A DNA stretch of 64,000 bases from the NCBI GenBank assembly GCA_031835245.2, contig JAVKOQ020000022.1, forward strand, positions 124,001-188,000, written 5' to 3'. The DNA comes from Balamuthia mandrillaris (taxonomy: Eukaryota). Positions within the stretch are counted from its first letter, which is position 1. Each line of letters opens with the position of its first letter. This document shows positions 49,493 through 62,923 of the stretch, piece by piece. Made by a program: the position numbers and the translations under genes. Under the pieces are notes generated by a model that made no database searches, had not been told where the DNA came from, and was given only the letters and a program-made list of their open reading frames with translations.

Positions 49493-51697
49493 ATGGAACA
49501 AACCGCAAACGAACCGTCTTGCGCTCTTCCCGCTCCCTCCTCCTCTCCTTCCGCCTCTTTTTCTGCTTTCTTGCTCCCAGAAGAAGGGTGCGAGTCTCCG
49601 TTGGACTTCCAACCGTCTCCATTGATGGAAGAACGTCGAGCTTCATTCCTTCACTCTCATCCTTCTCCTTCTTCTTCCGTTGCGCACAAAGGTTTTGAAG
49701 AAGAAAGTTTGGTTGACGTTCGCAACGGAGAGCCTTGTATCGACCTCAACGACTTTCTTCCTTCGGCAGAAGCGTATACAGCCCCAAGGCCTTCCCAAAC
49801 ATGTGAAGAAGCGCAGCATCAAATGAGCACTCCTTTGTATGAAAGCCAGGCGGCCTCTCCCGCACAACATTACATGTTGTCGCCAACTGCTCCTTTAGAC
49901 GAACAACCCAACACTCCCTCTCCCTCTTACACTTCGTTCTCTGACGCTCTCGTTGAGCAACAACAGCAGTTACAACCGCCACCAGCATTGCTGAGCGATG
50001 TTGGTAGCTATTCACAATCACAGCTCCCTGTCTCTTTTGGATTGTCTTCCTCTGCTTTCCTTTCATCTACGACTGTACAACATCATCCGCAGCCTGCCCC
50101 TGCTCTTGCTCTTCCTCCTCGGCATCATTCGCGGGTCCAGCCCTTGCCGTCATCCATGTCTTCTATCGCTCTTCCTCCTTCATTTGTTGATCAACCATCA
50201 TGTCCACAACCAGCATCTTTCTCTGACAATCACGACATGCTGAGCCCCTCCTCTTACTCACCCATTGCTTCTTCGTCATCCTCGTTGAAGGTAGCACAAG
50301 AAGTCAGCTGTGGTGGTTGCACTTGTAGCGATTGTTTGAATAGTGCATGCACACAACAGCCGTTGCCAACCTGCCTTCTTCCATTGTCTTCTGCTTCTGT
50401 TTCATCTTCTTCTTCCATGTCGATGACGAATGGAACACCACAGCAGTCGCCGGTTTTGTCGCCGTTCCTCTCACCTTCATCTCAAGTCGACGCGCTTATT
50501 GCTCACCAGCAGCCGCAACAACTACCAACATCAACGACGATCATGTCTCCTCCGTTCTATGGAGCACAACACACGATGAGCGATCGCTCTGCCTTTACTT
50601 CTTCTCCTTTGGGGCCGATGGTTACCCCTCCTCCACTTCTCTCTGGTCCAATTCAGAACAGCCCTTACACTTCATTGATGCCTTCTTCCTATTCTCCTTC
50701 TTCTCCGCCAACGATGGCCGTTGGATCGTTAGAAACTGGTCCTTCTATGGCGGCTTCGTCTTCTTCTAGCTCACCTTCTGTCTCCACCACGTTCATCCTC
50801 TCCACGCCCGCTTCTTTTAGCAGTAACGCCTCTTCTAGTTCTGGTGCAGCAACCCCATCCTTCACCTATGCCTCTTCCGCACCGGCATCATCGATGTTCC
50901 ATCATCACTTTCCTCCACGTCCTGAACCACACCCTCCACTTTCTTCTAGCTGTTCTTCCTCTTCGTCTTCACCACCCTCTTTGGCCTCATCAACAGACTC
51001 TTCTGCCTTCTCCGCCTTGACCACCTCCTCTCTTACCGACATCCGTCCTCCCTTTTCCTCTTCTACTTCTTCTTCCGCTGCTCTCCCATCCTATCAGCAA
51101 CAGACCCCCACTTCCTCCTCGTCCTTCTCAACAACTTCGCCTTCTTCTTCTGCTTTCTCCTCTTCTTCTTTATCTTCAGCGAAACGCGAACAACTATCCA
51201 CAACAACAACAGCTGCCGCCGCTATCGCCGTCGCTGCTGCTTCCTGCTCTTCCTCTTTTGCTGCCGCTGCTTCCTGCTCCTCGCCCTCTTCTGCTTTCGC
51301 AACAACAACAACAAAAGTGACAACAGCAGCAACTTCAACCCTCTCTCCTGCTACGACATTGACCTTAGCTCTTTCCGCGATACCAGCAGCTCGCTCCGCG
51401 CGAGTGCAGCAAGGTCACAACCTCGACGTCGGCTCCGGCCTTCGTTTTGTGAAGCCGCAAGCGCGTCGCCGTCGTCGAGCCAGCACCAGAAAGAGAAAGA
51501 GCTCCGTCATGGTTGCGAGAAAGCAATTTACTTCTTCGTCTCCTGCTTCTTCTGCTTCTTCTTCTTCGTCACTTTCAACAGGTCTGAGGAAGGAAGAAGG
51601 AGAACAAGGAAGAAGAATGATGATGGAAGAAGAAGATGAAGAAGAGGAGAAGGAAGGAGCGGAACTTTCGCTATCGCCAACTCCAACACCATCATGA
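49493..51697 (+). CDS. Intronless low-complexity (Ser/Pro) protein, probable paralogue of the upstream gene
   Basis: 734-codon ORF; GSGLRFVKPQARRRRRAST. Confidence 0.75.
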   Translation: MEQTANEPSCALPAPSSSPSASFSAFLLPEEGCESPLDFQPSPLMEERRASFLHSHPSPSSSVAHKGFEEESLVDVRNGEPCIDLNDFLPSAEAYTAPRPSQTCEEAQHQMSTPLYESQAASPAQHYMLSPTAPLDEQPNTPSPSYTSFSDALVEQQQQLQPPPALLSDVGSYSQSQLPVSFGLSSSAFLSSTTVQHHPQPAPALALPPRHHSRVQPLPSSMSSIALPPSFVDQPSCPQPASFSDNHDMLSPSSYSPIASSSSSLKVAQEVSCGGCTCSDCLNSACTQQPLPTCLLPLSSASVSSSSSMSMTNGTPQQSPVLSPFLSPSSQVDALIAHQQPQQLPTSTTIMSPPFYGAQHTMSDRSAFTSSPLGPMVTPPPLLSGPIQNSPYTSLMPSSYSPSSPPTMAVGSLETGPSMAASSSSSSPSVSTTFILSTPASFSSNASSSSGAATPSFTYASSAPASSMFHHHFPPRPEPHPPLSSSCSSSSSSPPSLASSTDSSAFSALTTSSLTDIRPPFSSSTSSSAALPSYQQQTPTSSSSFSTTSPSSSAFSSSSLSSAKREQLSTTTTAAAAIAVAAASCSSSFAAAASCSSPSSAFATTTTKVTTAATSTLSPATTLTLALSAIPAARSARVQQGHNLDVGSGLRFVKPQARRRRRASTRKRKSSVMVARKQFTSSSPASSASSSSSLSTGLRKEEGEQGRRMMMEEEDEEEEKEGAELSLSPTPTPS

Positions 51698-52070
51698 GCG
51701 TTTCCCTGGACCAACAAACCCGGCAGCAGGAAGAAGAGGAGGCTTGTGGTCTGACCAGGCCGAAAGGGGTGCCAGAGGTCAAGCGGTGTCTTGTCGAGTG
51801 ACGATCTCGCTTGCTGCACGCGCCTTTCCCTTTTATGTCGACATAATATGTCCGTATAATTACCATAAAAAGAAACTATGATGTCATATTTTTTTACTAT
51901 AAAAGGATATTTTTAAAAGGACCCATCTGAATTTTCGCAAATTGTAACGGGAAAAATGTCCGAAAAAAGACCTTTTTTGCATTTTAAGGCATGTCGACAA
52001 TATCTCCCCGAAAAAATAAATTCAAAAATATTTGAAGTTAAAATAGAAAGAAGAGAAGAGAAGAGAAGGA

Positions 52071-53003
52071 ATGCAAGGAGAGAATGCGGCAAGCGAGTGG
52101 CATGTGGCCAAAGACCAAACCCTGCCTGCCAAGGCCAAGGTGGTGGTGGTGGGCGCCGGCATCGTAGGCTGCAGCGTCGCCTTCAAGCTGGCCAAGAAGA
52201 ACTGCCAGGAGGTGGTGGTGCTGGAGCGCAACGCGCTCTTCATCACGGGCGGCTCCTCCTCCCATGCCCCTGGCGGCATACTCCAGCTGCACCCCACCTC
52301 ACGCACCATGACGGAGCTGGCAAGGGAGACGGCGGGGGTGCTGACGGCGGCCAGGGTGTTCAGCCAGACGGGAGAGCTCTTCCTGGCCTCCACGCCCGAG
52401 AGGATGGAGTACTTCCAATGGGAGGCTGAGCACGCTGCGCGCTCTGGCTATACTGGTTTGAACTCATGTTCTTTTCTCTTTCTCTCTTTTTCTTTCTCTT
52501 TCTCTCTTCTCTCTTCTCTCTTCTCTCTTCTCTCTTCTCTCTTCTCTCTTCTCTCTTCTCTCTTCTCTCTTCTCTCTTCTCTTTCTCTTCCTCTTCTCCC
52601 CTATCCAGCACCTAGTGATCCAACCCAAACGTATTTATAGGAGTCCAAGTGCTGACTGCCAGTGAAGCCAAGGCATTGCACCCGCTGATAGACGAGAGCA
52701 AAGTCTTGGGGGCACTGCACTGGCCACCCAACATAGGCGTTGGCCGCGCCGCCACCGTCAAAGCAGCCGAGACCATGGCCTTGGCGGCCATGTCGCACCC
52801 AACCGCTCCCGTTCGGTTCTTTGCCAACACCAAAGTGGAGGCCATCGAGACGGAAGGAAAGAAAGTGGTGGCGGTGAGAACAGCCTGGGGCCAGCGGATA
52901 GAGACGGAGCATGTTGTGGTTTGTGCGGGTGCTTGGGGACCCACTCTTACCAAAACTGTTGGCGTTGATCTTCCTCTTGTTAATGGTCTGTCTTCTTCTC
53001 CTT

Positions 53004-53051
<48 letters not shown>

Positions 53052-53844
53052 ATTATTTTAGTGCTTTAAACTGACCTTAGATATAGTACAGCATCAATGG
53101 GTATTGAGTCAGCCGCTTGAGGCTCTAAAAGAATACCAAGCACCTTCTAATCACGATTCCTTGTACCAAAACTCTACTACAGATCTTCCTTGTACTTGCC
53201 TCTCTTTCATCACGTTCAAATTCTCTGTTTTCTTTTCTCTTACCTACTGAAACACCACAAAACCCATCACAAGGCATCTTCGACTCCGATCACGGAGTCT
53301 ATGTTCTCCAATTTGGGTCATGTCTTGGCTTTGGCAACTACGACCACAGGGCCATCTTAGTCGATGCCGAACAAGTGGAAGGTCACACGCATGCCGAGTT
53401 TCCATTCACGCCTCGGGACTTTGAGCGAGCCAAAGCCAACATGGAAGCCCTGTTGCCCTGCATAAAGCCCTTGAAGGCGTGGAAGGCTTTCAACGGACTT
53501 ATGTCCTTCACGCCGGATGGCTTTCCTTTGGTTGGTCCTGCAAGCAACGCTGTGTCTGGCCTTTGGTTAGGTGAAGGGGTTTGGGTCATGCATTCTGTTG
53601 GAGTTGGTATGGATCTCTCTCTCTCTCTCGCCTGCACTTCTTCTCATTTTCTGTTTCAGGTAAAATGTTGGCCGAGTGGATTGTAGATGGCAAACCATCG
53701 CTCGACATGAGCCAGTTGGACCCAAGGCGTTTCGATTCTTTGCAACTTTCCAAAGAAGAGATACGTCGCCGCATCGCTACTGCCTACGAAGGCCGTTGTA
53801 ACGTTCCTCCTTTGCCAAAGTCCAAAGTCACAGCCCGTCTTTGA
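52071..53844 (+). CDS. FAD-dependent oxidoreductase (sarcosine/dimethylglycine dehydrogenase N-terminal DAO domain only)
   Basis: VVVVGAGIVG Rossmann motif, GSSSHAPG, VVVCAGAWG, GLMSFTPDGFPLVG, DPRRF. Confidence 0.88.
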
Positions 53845-53999
53845 ATTCTCTCTACACAACATACGGAGACGAACAAGAAGAGACAAAGAGAATCAGATGT
53901 AGTTTACAGGTTGGTTTGTTTATTATTTAAACTGTAACGAAAGAAGCCTGCTGAACTTATGTTCAACAGCAGTTTGCAAATAACAACAAATGATCGTTT

Positions 54000-54915
<916 letters not shown>

Positions 54916-55272
54916 TTAAGTCAGTTGTTTTAAGGTGGTGGAGTGGCCTGTTGGCCGAAAAGACGGGTCTATATTAGTAGCAGCTATATTTAGTACCCAA
55001 TCAGCTTGCAGTTTATTTTTAGAATGTCTCTCCCACGTGGGTACCCGTCCACTAGCTCGTTGGTCCTGCCGAGATACGCATGCTTCGTGGCATGTTTCTG
55101 GATGACCGCGCGTCAATGCTTGTTCGTCTGGTTGGACAAAAGGGTGAACTTGTGCCACCAGATAAACTCATTGTTCTCACTCGAGCTTCACCTTGGTCTC
55201 TCTTCTCTTAATGACCGCTCGTGTCAGAGAGACACGGACACAAGTCGTTTTATTAAACCACCTGCAGTCGCA

Positions 55273-56314
55273 CTAGATGACATGGTAACGATGAGATTGG
55301 CTTTTGACACCAAGTATGAACAAGACCACCGAGAGGATAAACCCAACAGCAGCGACCAAGGACAACACTCCAATTACGACCAAGTAGGTCTTCTCTTTGG
55401 TCCATCCGCCGTCACCTGACGATGGTAGAGGTGGCGGCGGTTGGGGCTCAGTGCCATTATGGTGTCGGTAAAAGTAATAACAAGGTTGGAGTGCTAGAGA
55501 AAAAAAACTGAAATCAGAAACAATGACGAGGGAGAAACGATGGCAAAGAAGAGCAACCTGGATGTTCAGCCCGACAATGGACGTCAAGGTACGTGGTGTT
55601 GTCCTGAACAAAGACCAGCCCGTCACATCTCCTCCCTTCCAACGAAAGGTCCAATGTCGAATTGTAATGGAGTTCCGCTTGGAAATGCTGCAACGCTTCG
55701 TTGATCTCTCCTGTGAACACCAACTCCTTCCCTGCTTGAGAACAGTTGAGTTGAAGAGGGAGGGATGGACAGCGAGCGTAGTCTTCTGCAGGCTGAAAAG
55801 CCATGAGAGTGAAGTTGGTGGAAGAATTGCCATTGGGTGGGCAGACAAATGGCAGAGACGCGTTCGATGTTACATTGGCCTCCCAACGAAGGGCAGGGAT
55901 CGGCGTTTGGCCAACGTTCTGCAAGGCGAAGGCAAGCCAGTGGATGACGGTGGAAGCATTGATCTGGACAGAGAACTCCACTCCGGGAATACCTTTGAAA
56001 GTCTGATACCACAAAGCTTTGATGATGCCGGTCTCTTCCCACCTCTTCAAAGCTTCTTTCGAGTCGAAGACAAATGCTGTAATCTTGCAGTCACCACAGT
56101 CTTTGCTGGGAGGAAAAACCATCCTCAGGTCTGAACTGTTGGGGGGATCGTAGGATGAGAAGAACCCGGCTTCCCAAACCCGGGTTGCGTCAGCTTCAAA
56201 AGGAAAGGTCTCGTTAACATGCCAAAGCAGGTGAGAAGGATCGGCGGAAGCTGACCAACAGAACCACGCTAGGCAGAGCAGATCAGAAAGTAAGGGGAGG
56301 CTTATGGAGCGCAT
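55273..56314 (-). CDS. Type I membrane glycoprotein of unknown function, 2 exons
   Basis: Signal peptide, several N-x-S/T sites, Pro-rich stalk, TM YLVVIGVLSLVAAVGFILSVVLFIL, tail YHVI. Confidence 0.75.
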
Positions 56315-56623
56315 CCTTGGTTTGTTACGGGCAAGAAGGCAGGTTAGGGAGACTTTCGAAGGAGCTTTTTTTTACAAACAATGCGTTACCTGGAATTCTC
56401 CATCATTCAACCTCATTGGTTACGTTGAGAACTCTTTCTCCTCTCTTTACACCAACTTTTCCTTTGTGAGCAGGCAAGAATGAGGAAGTCATTTTCCTCT
56501 CCTCATTCTTCTTGCAATCTTGAATGAGGAACAATACATATAAATTATAATGATTTAAGTGGAATAATGATCACTATTTGTGGATGAAAAAGCTTTGTAA
56601 CTTATTTGTTCAACAAATTCTCG

Positions 56624-56823
56624 CTCTCTTTTCACTCCCTGTTCTAGTCTCTAAAGCCCAGGCTCTGTCTGGGCCAGGCCCCTTAGTAAGCAGATCTCTA
56701 GGAAATAGCTCTGTAGCGCACCAGTTTCTACTAGAGGCCCCCTGCCCTGGATAGGGCTTCTTATAGTCTCTAAAGCCCTCAGGGCTAGGGGGCCCTCTAA
56801 TAGTAGTAGGGAGGGAAGGAGAG
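56624..56823. other. TpA-rich, self-complementary ~200-bp element (candidate structured RNA or MITE-like relic)
   Basis: 15-bp direct repeat TAGTCTCTAAAGCCC at 56645 and 56764; long hairpin 56728-56803; hairpin 56656-56674; complementary flanks. Confidence 0.55.
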
Positions 56824-56875
56824 AGAGAAGGAGAGAGGAGAGAGAGAGAGAGAGAGGGCAACAAAAGAGACCGAG

Positions 56876-59067
56876 TTAATTTAACGAATGTTGCAGAGAA
56901 GTAAGGGTGGAAAGGATGCTTTTGGTGGAGGGTCGTTTGGATGGTTTCTTTTCGGTGCAACGAACGTAGAGCTCGATCAGCTCTTTCAAGGCTGGCTGGT
57001 TCTTTTGTTCGGACAACAGCTCGGGAGGGACCTCCGGTCGTATTCCCGCTTCATTCATGTTGGAGAGCTCAAAACGGTTCACATCGTAATACGGTTTCTT
57101 CAGCGTAATAAGCTCGTAAATGATCATTCCAAATGACCACACTTTGAAAAGATACAGCGTTAGAAAAGAAAAAAGAGCAAAGAACAAAAGCAAGAAAGAA
57201 ACAGAAGGTACCATCTGCTTTAACGTCATGCCATTTACTTCCAGAAGCGAGAAAAACTTCTGGGGCGATATAGCCAGCTTTTTGTTTGGTGTTGTTGTTT
57301 GCAAATTGTCAAAAAACAAAACCAAAGCGAGGTTGTTTCTAAAGAATACATACGAGTGCCAACTTGAGTGAAGCCTCGACCGCTCTTTTCAGTCAGTTTC
57401 GCAGTATCAAAGTCGCCTGTTGTTTGTTATGATGTGTCAGTAAAAACAACAACAAAAGCAAAGAATGAAGAGAGGACCTATTTTAAGTTTGTTGGGCTTT
57501 CGGTGGCTGTCCCACGTTACAAATATATTTTCGCTCTGATGTTTATTTTTTTTTAAAAAGCGTGTTAACGGAAAGAAAATATGTTTAAAAAGAGAAGTGA
57601 AAGTACCTTCAAGTCTCGATGAATGATGGGAGGATTCTGAGTGCCCAGATAGTGCAAGCCTTTGCATATTTGCAACATAAAGTTGGTGACCTCTTTTGGC
57701 GTAAAGGCTGCACACAAGAGAAAAGAACAGTTAGTACAACATCGCTAAGCAAGATTAAAAAAAAATAGGTACGTTGCATGGCGGCTGCTCTTTTGTTGAT
57801 AACAGAGTCAAGAGACTCTGGGTATAGCTGTACATAAAGCGAGATTTCTTTCTTTTTCTCATCATAATTACTTCCCAAATACGTCACTTAAGTGTTCAGG
57901 GAAACATATCAGCAACAAAAACGAGCAACAGAGCAAGAGAGAGAAAGAGAGAGGAGAAATAGAGGTTTTGTTTCTACAAACCAATGTTTTCGTGCTTGAG
58001 TTTCGTCATGATTTCAATTTCAGTTCGCATTCTAGCCATGGCATCCGGGGTGCAAAAGTCATCCGTGGTGAGGACTTTGGCAGCAAAAGAAAGACCCTTT
58101 ATGCTGCATTGCCATACTACCGCTCCGCTTGCTCCACGACCAAGAATCTCGTGAAACTCTGGAAAACATAACAAAAAAATTGAGATGACGAACAGGAAGA
58201 GTAACAATGGGAAACAGAAAGAAGGGAATAGGAAAGGAGGAGAGAGGCTTACCGATTTCATCGTTTTTAAAATCAATGGTGAGGGCAGAGGAAGACGAGG
58301 AAGATGAAGGAGATGGAGAAGATGACGAAGAAAGTGTATTGCACTCGGATGAATCTCTCCGTTTCTCTCTTTTTCGTTCAAATTCTGCTCGTTCCTTCTC
58401 TATCAACTGTAACGCAGCAGATAAAGGAGAAGCAGTAAACGAAGCAGCAATGGAAGGAGCAGAAGCAATTGTAGAGGACGATGAAGATTCTTTCTGGTGA
58501 TGACGGTCCTCACTCACAGGTGGTGCTGGAGGAGGAGTGGGTTCGAGACGATGAGCGACCATCCTTCTTCCTCGATCCGTAAAAGGAGAAGGAATAGAAG
58601 AAGAACCCACACGTGGCTTTAAAGATGGTTGAGAGGTGGAATGAATTAAAGGAGAGGGGGTGTGGTTGGCTGATGGGTTCCGTCGTAGAGTCAATGATGT
58701 GGTGCGATCCAATCGTGAATCTGACTTACATAGTCTACCATGCCCTTCTTTGTCCAATGACGATAAAGGAGAGTCCAATTTGACTAGCACAAAATGATGG
58801 AAGTTTTCTGGAAACATAGTTGCGAGTTAGTGCACGAGGGAGAGAGAGAGAGAGAGAGAGAGCAATGCAAAAGAGCACAAAAGGAGAGAGAAGGGAACCA
58901 TTAAATTGGAGGTCGATAAGAGCGTTGATAGGCAGCGCCTTGGTGTTGATATGAAGATCTGCGTTGATTTCAAAAGAAGCAAGCTGTACAAAGGAAGCAT
59001 TAGCTTTGGTAAAGAGAAAACACAAGAAAAACCGAAATATAGAGAGAAAGACAAAGAAAGGGAGAGG

Positions 59068-59098
<31 letters not shown>

Positions 59099-59495
59099 GG
59101 AGAGAGAATCAACCGAAGATAGAGAAGACGGGACAGGGTCCAAAGACAGTTTAAACGTGGAGGTATCCTCGTCACAATAATATACATCGATAATAAGCTG
59201 TACAGACTGTTTCTCCGTTGAACCTATACGCGTCATGTTGTTAGCTAGAAGAGAGAAGTAGAGAATCAATGAGGAGATAGTACCAAGTACGATCTTTTCA
59301 GAGTTGGGACCAGGGGAATGTGGAGACGAGAAAGCTAAATGGCCGGGCGATACCGTAACTTTGAGAGCGCTGCTGCTAGAGCTAAGAAAACGACCCAACA
59401 TTCCAGTTTTGTCTTCAGATCCTGTTTTTTTTTTTTTTTCGTACAGTATTTGATGTAAGTACATTAAAAGAAAGCAAAGGAGAAGCGAGAATGCA

Positions 59496-59541
<46 letters not shown>

Positions 59542-59971
59542 AGGGAAGGCGAGTGCGCTAGAAGTAGTACGATTCAAATTCCAGTTCTTGTTGGCAAGAG
59601 ACGCTGATGGAATGACATCATCAGGCATGCTATAAAACAGGCGTTCTCTCAGCGTGGCAATCGCGTTGCAGGTTCCTACTTTCGCTCTGCATAATGTTTG
59701 TGGTGTCAAATATATAAATGAAACAAAAGATGCAACGAAAAACAACATACTTTAGAATGTCTGAAGCCAAAGAATCTTCCAAAGCGAACGTGCAGAATCT
59801 GTTGCTTACAACCTTTTGAATCAGCACTTGATTCAATGCCTTGATGGCAACTGGTTTCTTCTGTGCTTTCGATTTGCCCTGTCCTAAAGCACCATATTCA
59901 GACAATCCCCCTTGTGTTGTGATTGTTTACGAGTTTGTAAGAAACAATGAAAGGGAACAACAGAGAAGATG

Positions 59972-60014
<43 letters not shown>

Positions 60015-60705
60015 CAGGTGTAGACAACGCCAGCATCGGATAAGGCAACAGCATGATTGATTGTACAAGCAATTTGAGTGATGCCTTTCCCTACCAGTGA
60101 AGAACGCACGGTTACATTGCCTTTCACGAAATCTTTTATGGTTATCTCTCCAGTAGCTGTAATACGCAGATGAAGTGGTAAATTCAGTGCAGGAAAACAA
60201 AAGAAAGAAGCGAGAAGAACGAAGAAGACTTACATGAGAGAACCAAAAGATGTTGATCGTTGCAGTCGATTTGTATGACATCTTCAGGAACAGAACTTTC
60301 TCTATAGAGTGTGTGAGCAAGCCGCTTGGCTGTCTGCTCCGTGCCGCCATGACCGCCCAAAACCTTTTCGTAGCGATCCACGGAATGTTCCACATCTTCT
60401 TGCTCTGCCAATACATAAGTAAAGACCTCTCCAGCATCTATTGAAAAATATTAGCATTCAAACTGAAGTCAAAACTACTGAAAAATAAATAAAGAATAGA
60501 CCCGATAGCATTGAAATGAAATAATCGCTTGCAACGATAGAAGAGAAGGTCATGTGTTCGGTGCCACGAATAATTGCGGGTCGTGACGGTATGGGAACGC
60601 CCGCTCCTGTTGCTTCGTTTGAGTTCTCTGATGCTCTTCTCCAACTCCAATAATAGACTTTTCCTTCCTCTGGTAAAAAACAAAGAAACTCCTTGATGAG
60701 CCAGA

Positions 60706-60770
<65 letters not shown>

Positions 60771-61215
60771 AGGGAGAAGAGAACCTGATAAAGCTACCAT
60801 AAAATAATTTCTGCAACAGATATCCGAGAAACGAACGTTGGATAGAGCAGGCATCCGCAGCGCCGTTGGAAGTAAATGTACTTCCGCTTTGGCCTCATTT
60901 GTTATTGCCACTTCCCCCCATACCATTATCTCTCCATTTGCTGCATGAAAAAGAAGCAAAAAAGTTTAGAATGAGAAAAGGTTACTAATAGGATGAGCAA
61001 TAATGGCGAGGAGAAGAACAAAAACCTGTAATGACAGCTGAGTAATGGCCAGCACAAGCAATGCGGATGACTGGTTGAGAGAGGGAATGAACAAGAGTAG
61101 GAACCTCACAACTTTGCAAAGAATTATGGCCCAATTGTCCTGAACTACCATCTCCCCAACTCCAAACTTTGCCATCCTCTAAATACATTATGCCAAGCAC
61201 AATGTTAGCAGCAGC

Positions 61216-61258
<43 letters not shown>

Positions 61259-62923
61259 GAGGCTCAAACCTGTTAAAGCGAGCATATGAAAATGGAGGAA
61301 AGATTCATCGTTGCTGTCGCTCGTGCTGCTGTTGTTGGACGAAGACGCAGAAACAGACAAAGGTGGTGATCCAGAACTAGAGGAGGATGAAGAAGGAGAA
61401 GCCAATCCCGGTAAGGGAAGTGAGGAAGAAGCAAAAAGTGCAGAAACAGATACAGAAGATGAGGACGATGTTGAAGAAGAAGAAGGAACAAAAGCGCCAT
61501 CACTGCAACAAATATCAACAGGAAGAAAAGCGTATTCATGATGGTCGCTGCTGCTCCCTTCGTTCTCGTTCTTCAAGTCGTCTAAACAAATAGGATCACG
61601 GTAAGAATTCGAAGCGTTCCAACTGCGACCAAACATCCACACTCTCCCTTTCCTATTCCTTCTCGTTCTGCTTCTTCTTTTTCGTTTGAAGCTCCGTTCT
61701 TTCTTATCGCTGCTGTTGTTGTTATCGTTTGTTTCCATTTTATTTTGAGGTAAAGGAAGAGGCGAAGCAGAGGAAGAAGAAGAAGACGTTGGAGAAAGAG
61801 GAGGAGATAAAGAAGGAGAAGAAAGAGGAGAGGAAGACGAAGAAGAGGAAGTTGCAACAGAAGAAGGAGGAGGAATGCTTTGAAGTGTTGCAAAGGAAGA
61901 ACGAGGACGAGGCATGAGAATACTTGAGTTGGTCCTCAACAGAGGTACTGCTGCTGTTGGCGATGATGTTTCAAACGCAGCAGAAGCGGAAGAGGAAGGA
62001 GGAGGTGAAGGAAGAGCGCGAGCAACGCCAGGGCCAAAACTCTCTGCTCTGCCCTTCACCACCCGTCTCAGTGAAGTTGAGGTTGGTTGTGGAGCCAAAG
62101 AAACCTCAGAAGGAGGAGCTGAAGAAGAAGAAGAAGAAGAAGACACAGCAGCGGAAGAAGAGCTAGAAAGAGAGGAAGGAGGAAGAGGAGGAGGACAGAC
62201 CCGGTCCGAGCGTGGAGGACGCGGAGGAGGCGCAGCCGCGTTTGTGGTGGCAGCAGCAGCAGGAGGAGGAGCAGCAGCCACGGAGGAAGCCAAGGAAGAA
62301 AAGGAAGAAGAGGGGGAGGGAGGAGAAGAAGAAAGAGAGGAAGGAGAGGGAAGCGGCGCAAGAGGAATGGTATCCAAGGAAGGGGAACGAGGCAGTGGGC
62401 GTGGTCGCTCGGGCAAAGAAGAAGACGGAGGAGGAAGCGCCGCGGCGGTGGAAGAGGAAGGAGGAGGGACAGCAGAAGTCGCGTTCCTCCTTCGAAAGGC
62501 CATCGGGTTCGAGGAGGCGGCGGCGGCGACGGCAGCTGGAGGAGAAGGAGGGGACAGAGGCTGAGGCTGAGGTTGAGGTTGAGGGAGGGAAGCGGGGGAG
62601 GAGTAGGAATAGGAAGCAGAGGCCAGGTCGAGGGAGGAGAAGGTGGCGCTGCGACCAGGCTGTCCACCTCCTCGTGGAAGAGGAGCCCCGATCGTGTTTC
62701 TGTGGTTGTGGTTGTTGTGGCGACGAAGGGTCTGCGACGATTTGTTGAGGAGGTGGTCGTTCAGCTGCTCCACAAAGTCGCTTGGGCTGGCGTCCGGCTT
62801 GGGGTCCCCCTCTCCGTCCACAGCAGCGGCATGGGAGGCGGTGGTGGAGGTGGAGGGCTCCACGCGCATGGAGTGGGTTCGTTTCCATCCCCCTGAAAAG
62901 AGACCTTTCCCCCCTAGGCTCAT
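56876..62923 (-). CDS. Large Ser/Thr kinase with a Pro/Ser-rich N-terminus, RCC1 repeats and a C-terminal kinase domain
   Basis: RCC1 DGKVWSWGDGSSGQLGH...IACAGHYS; kinase LGRGASG, AAK, IIHRDLK|SEN, GDFD, APE, DVWSFG; many exons, continuity of the middle exons not fully traced. Confidence 0.8.

Noticed and set aside
54916..55260. Short palindromes (CCCACGTGGG, GGGTACCC) and small ORFs upstream of ras
   Set aside because: Consistent with ordinary promoter/3'UTR sequence; no convincing ncRNA motif
56645..56778. Direct repeat vaguely like a Cas9 repeat/sgRNA (GCTTTAGAGACTA on the minus strand)
   Set aside because: Only two 15-bp copies, eukaryotic context, and no Cas, TnpB or Fanzor gene in the window
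56728..56803. Possible SECIS element in the kinase 3'UTR
   Set aside because: No AUGA/GA quartet with a correctly spaced AAR loop, and no in-frame TGA noticed in the gene
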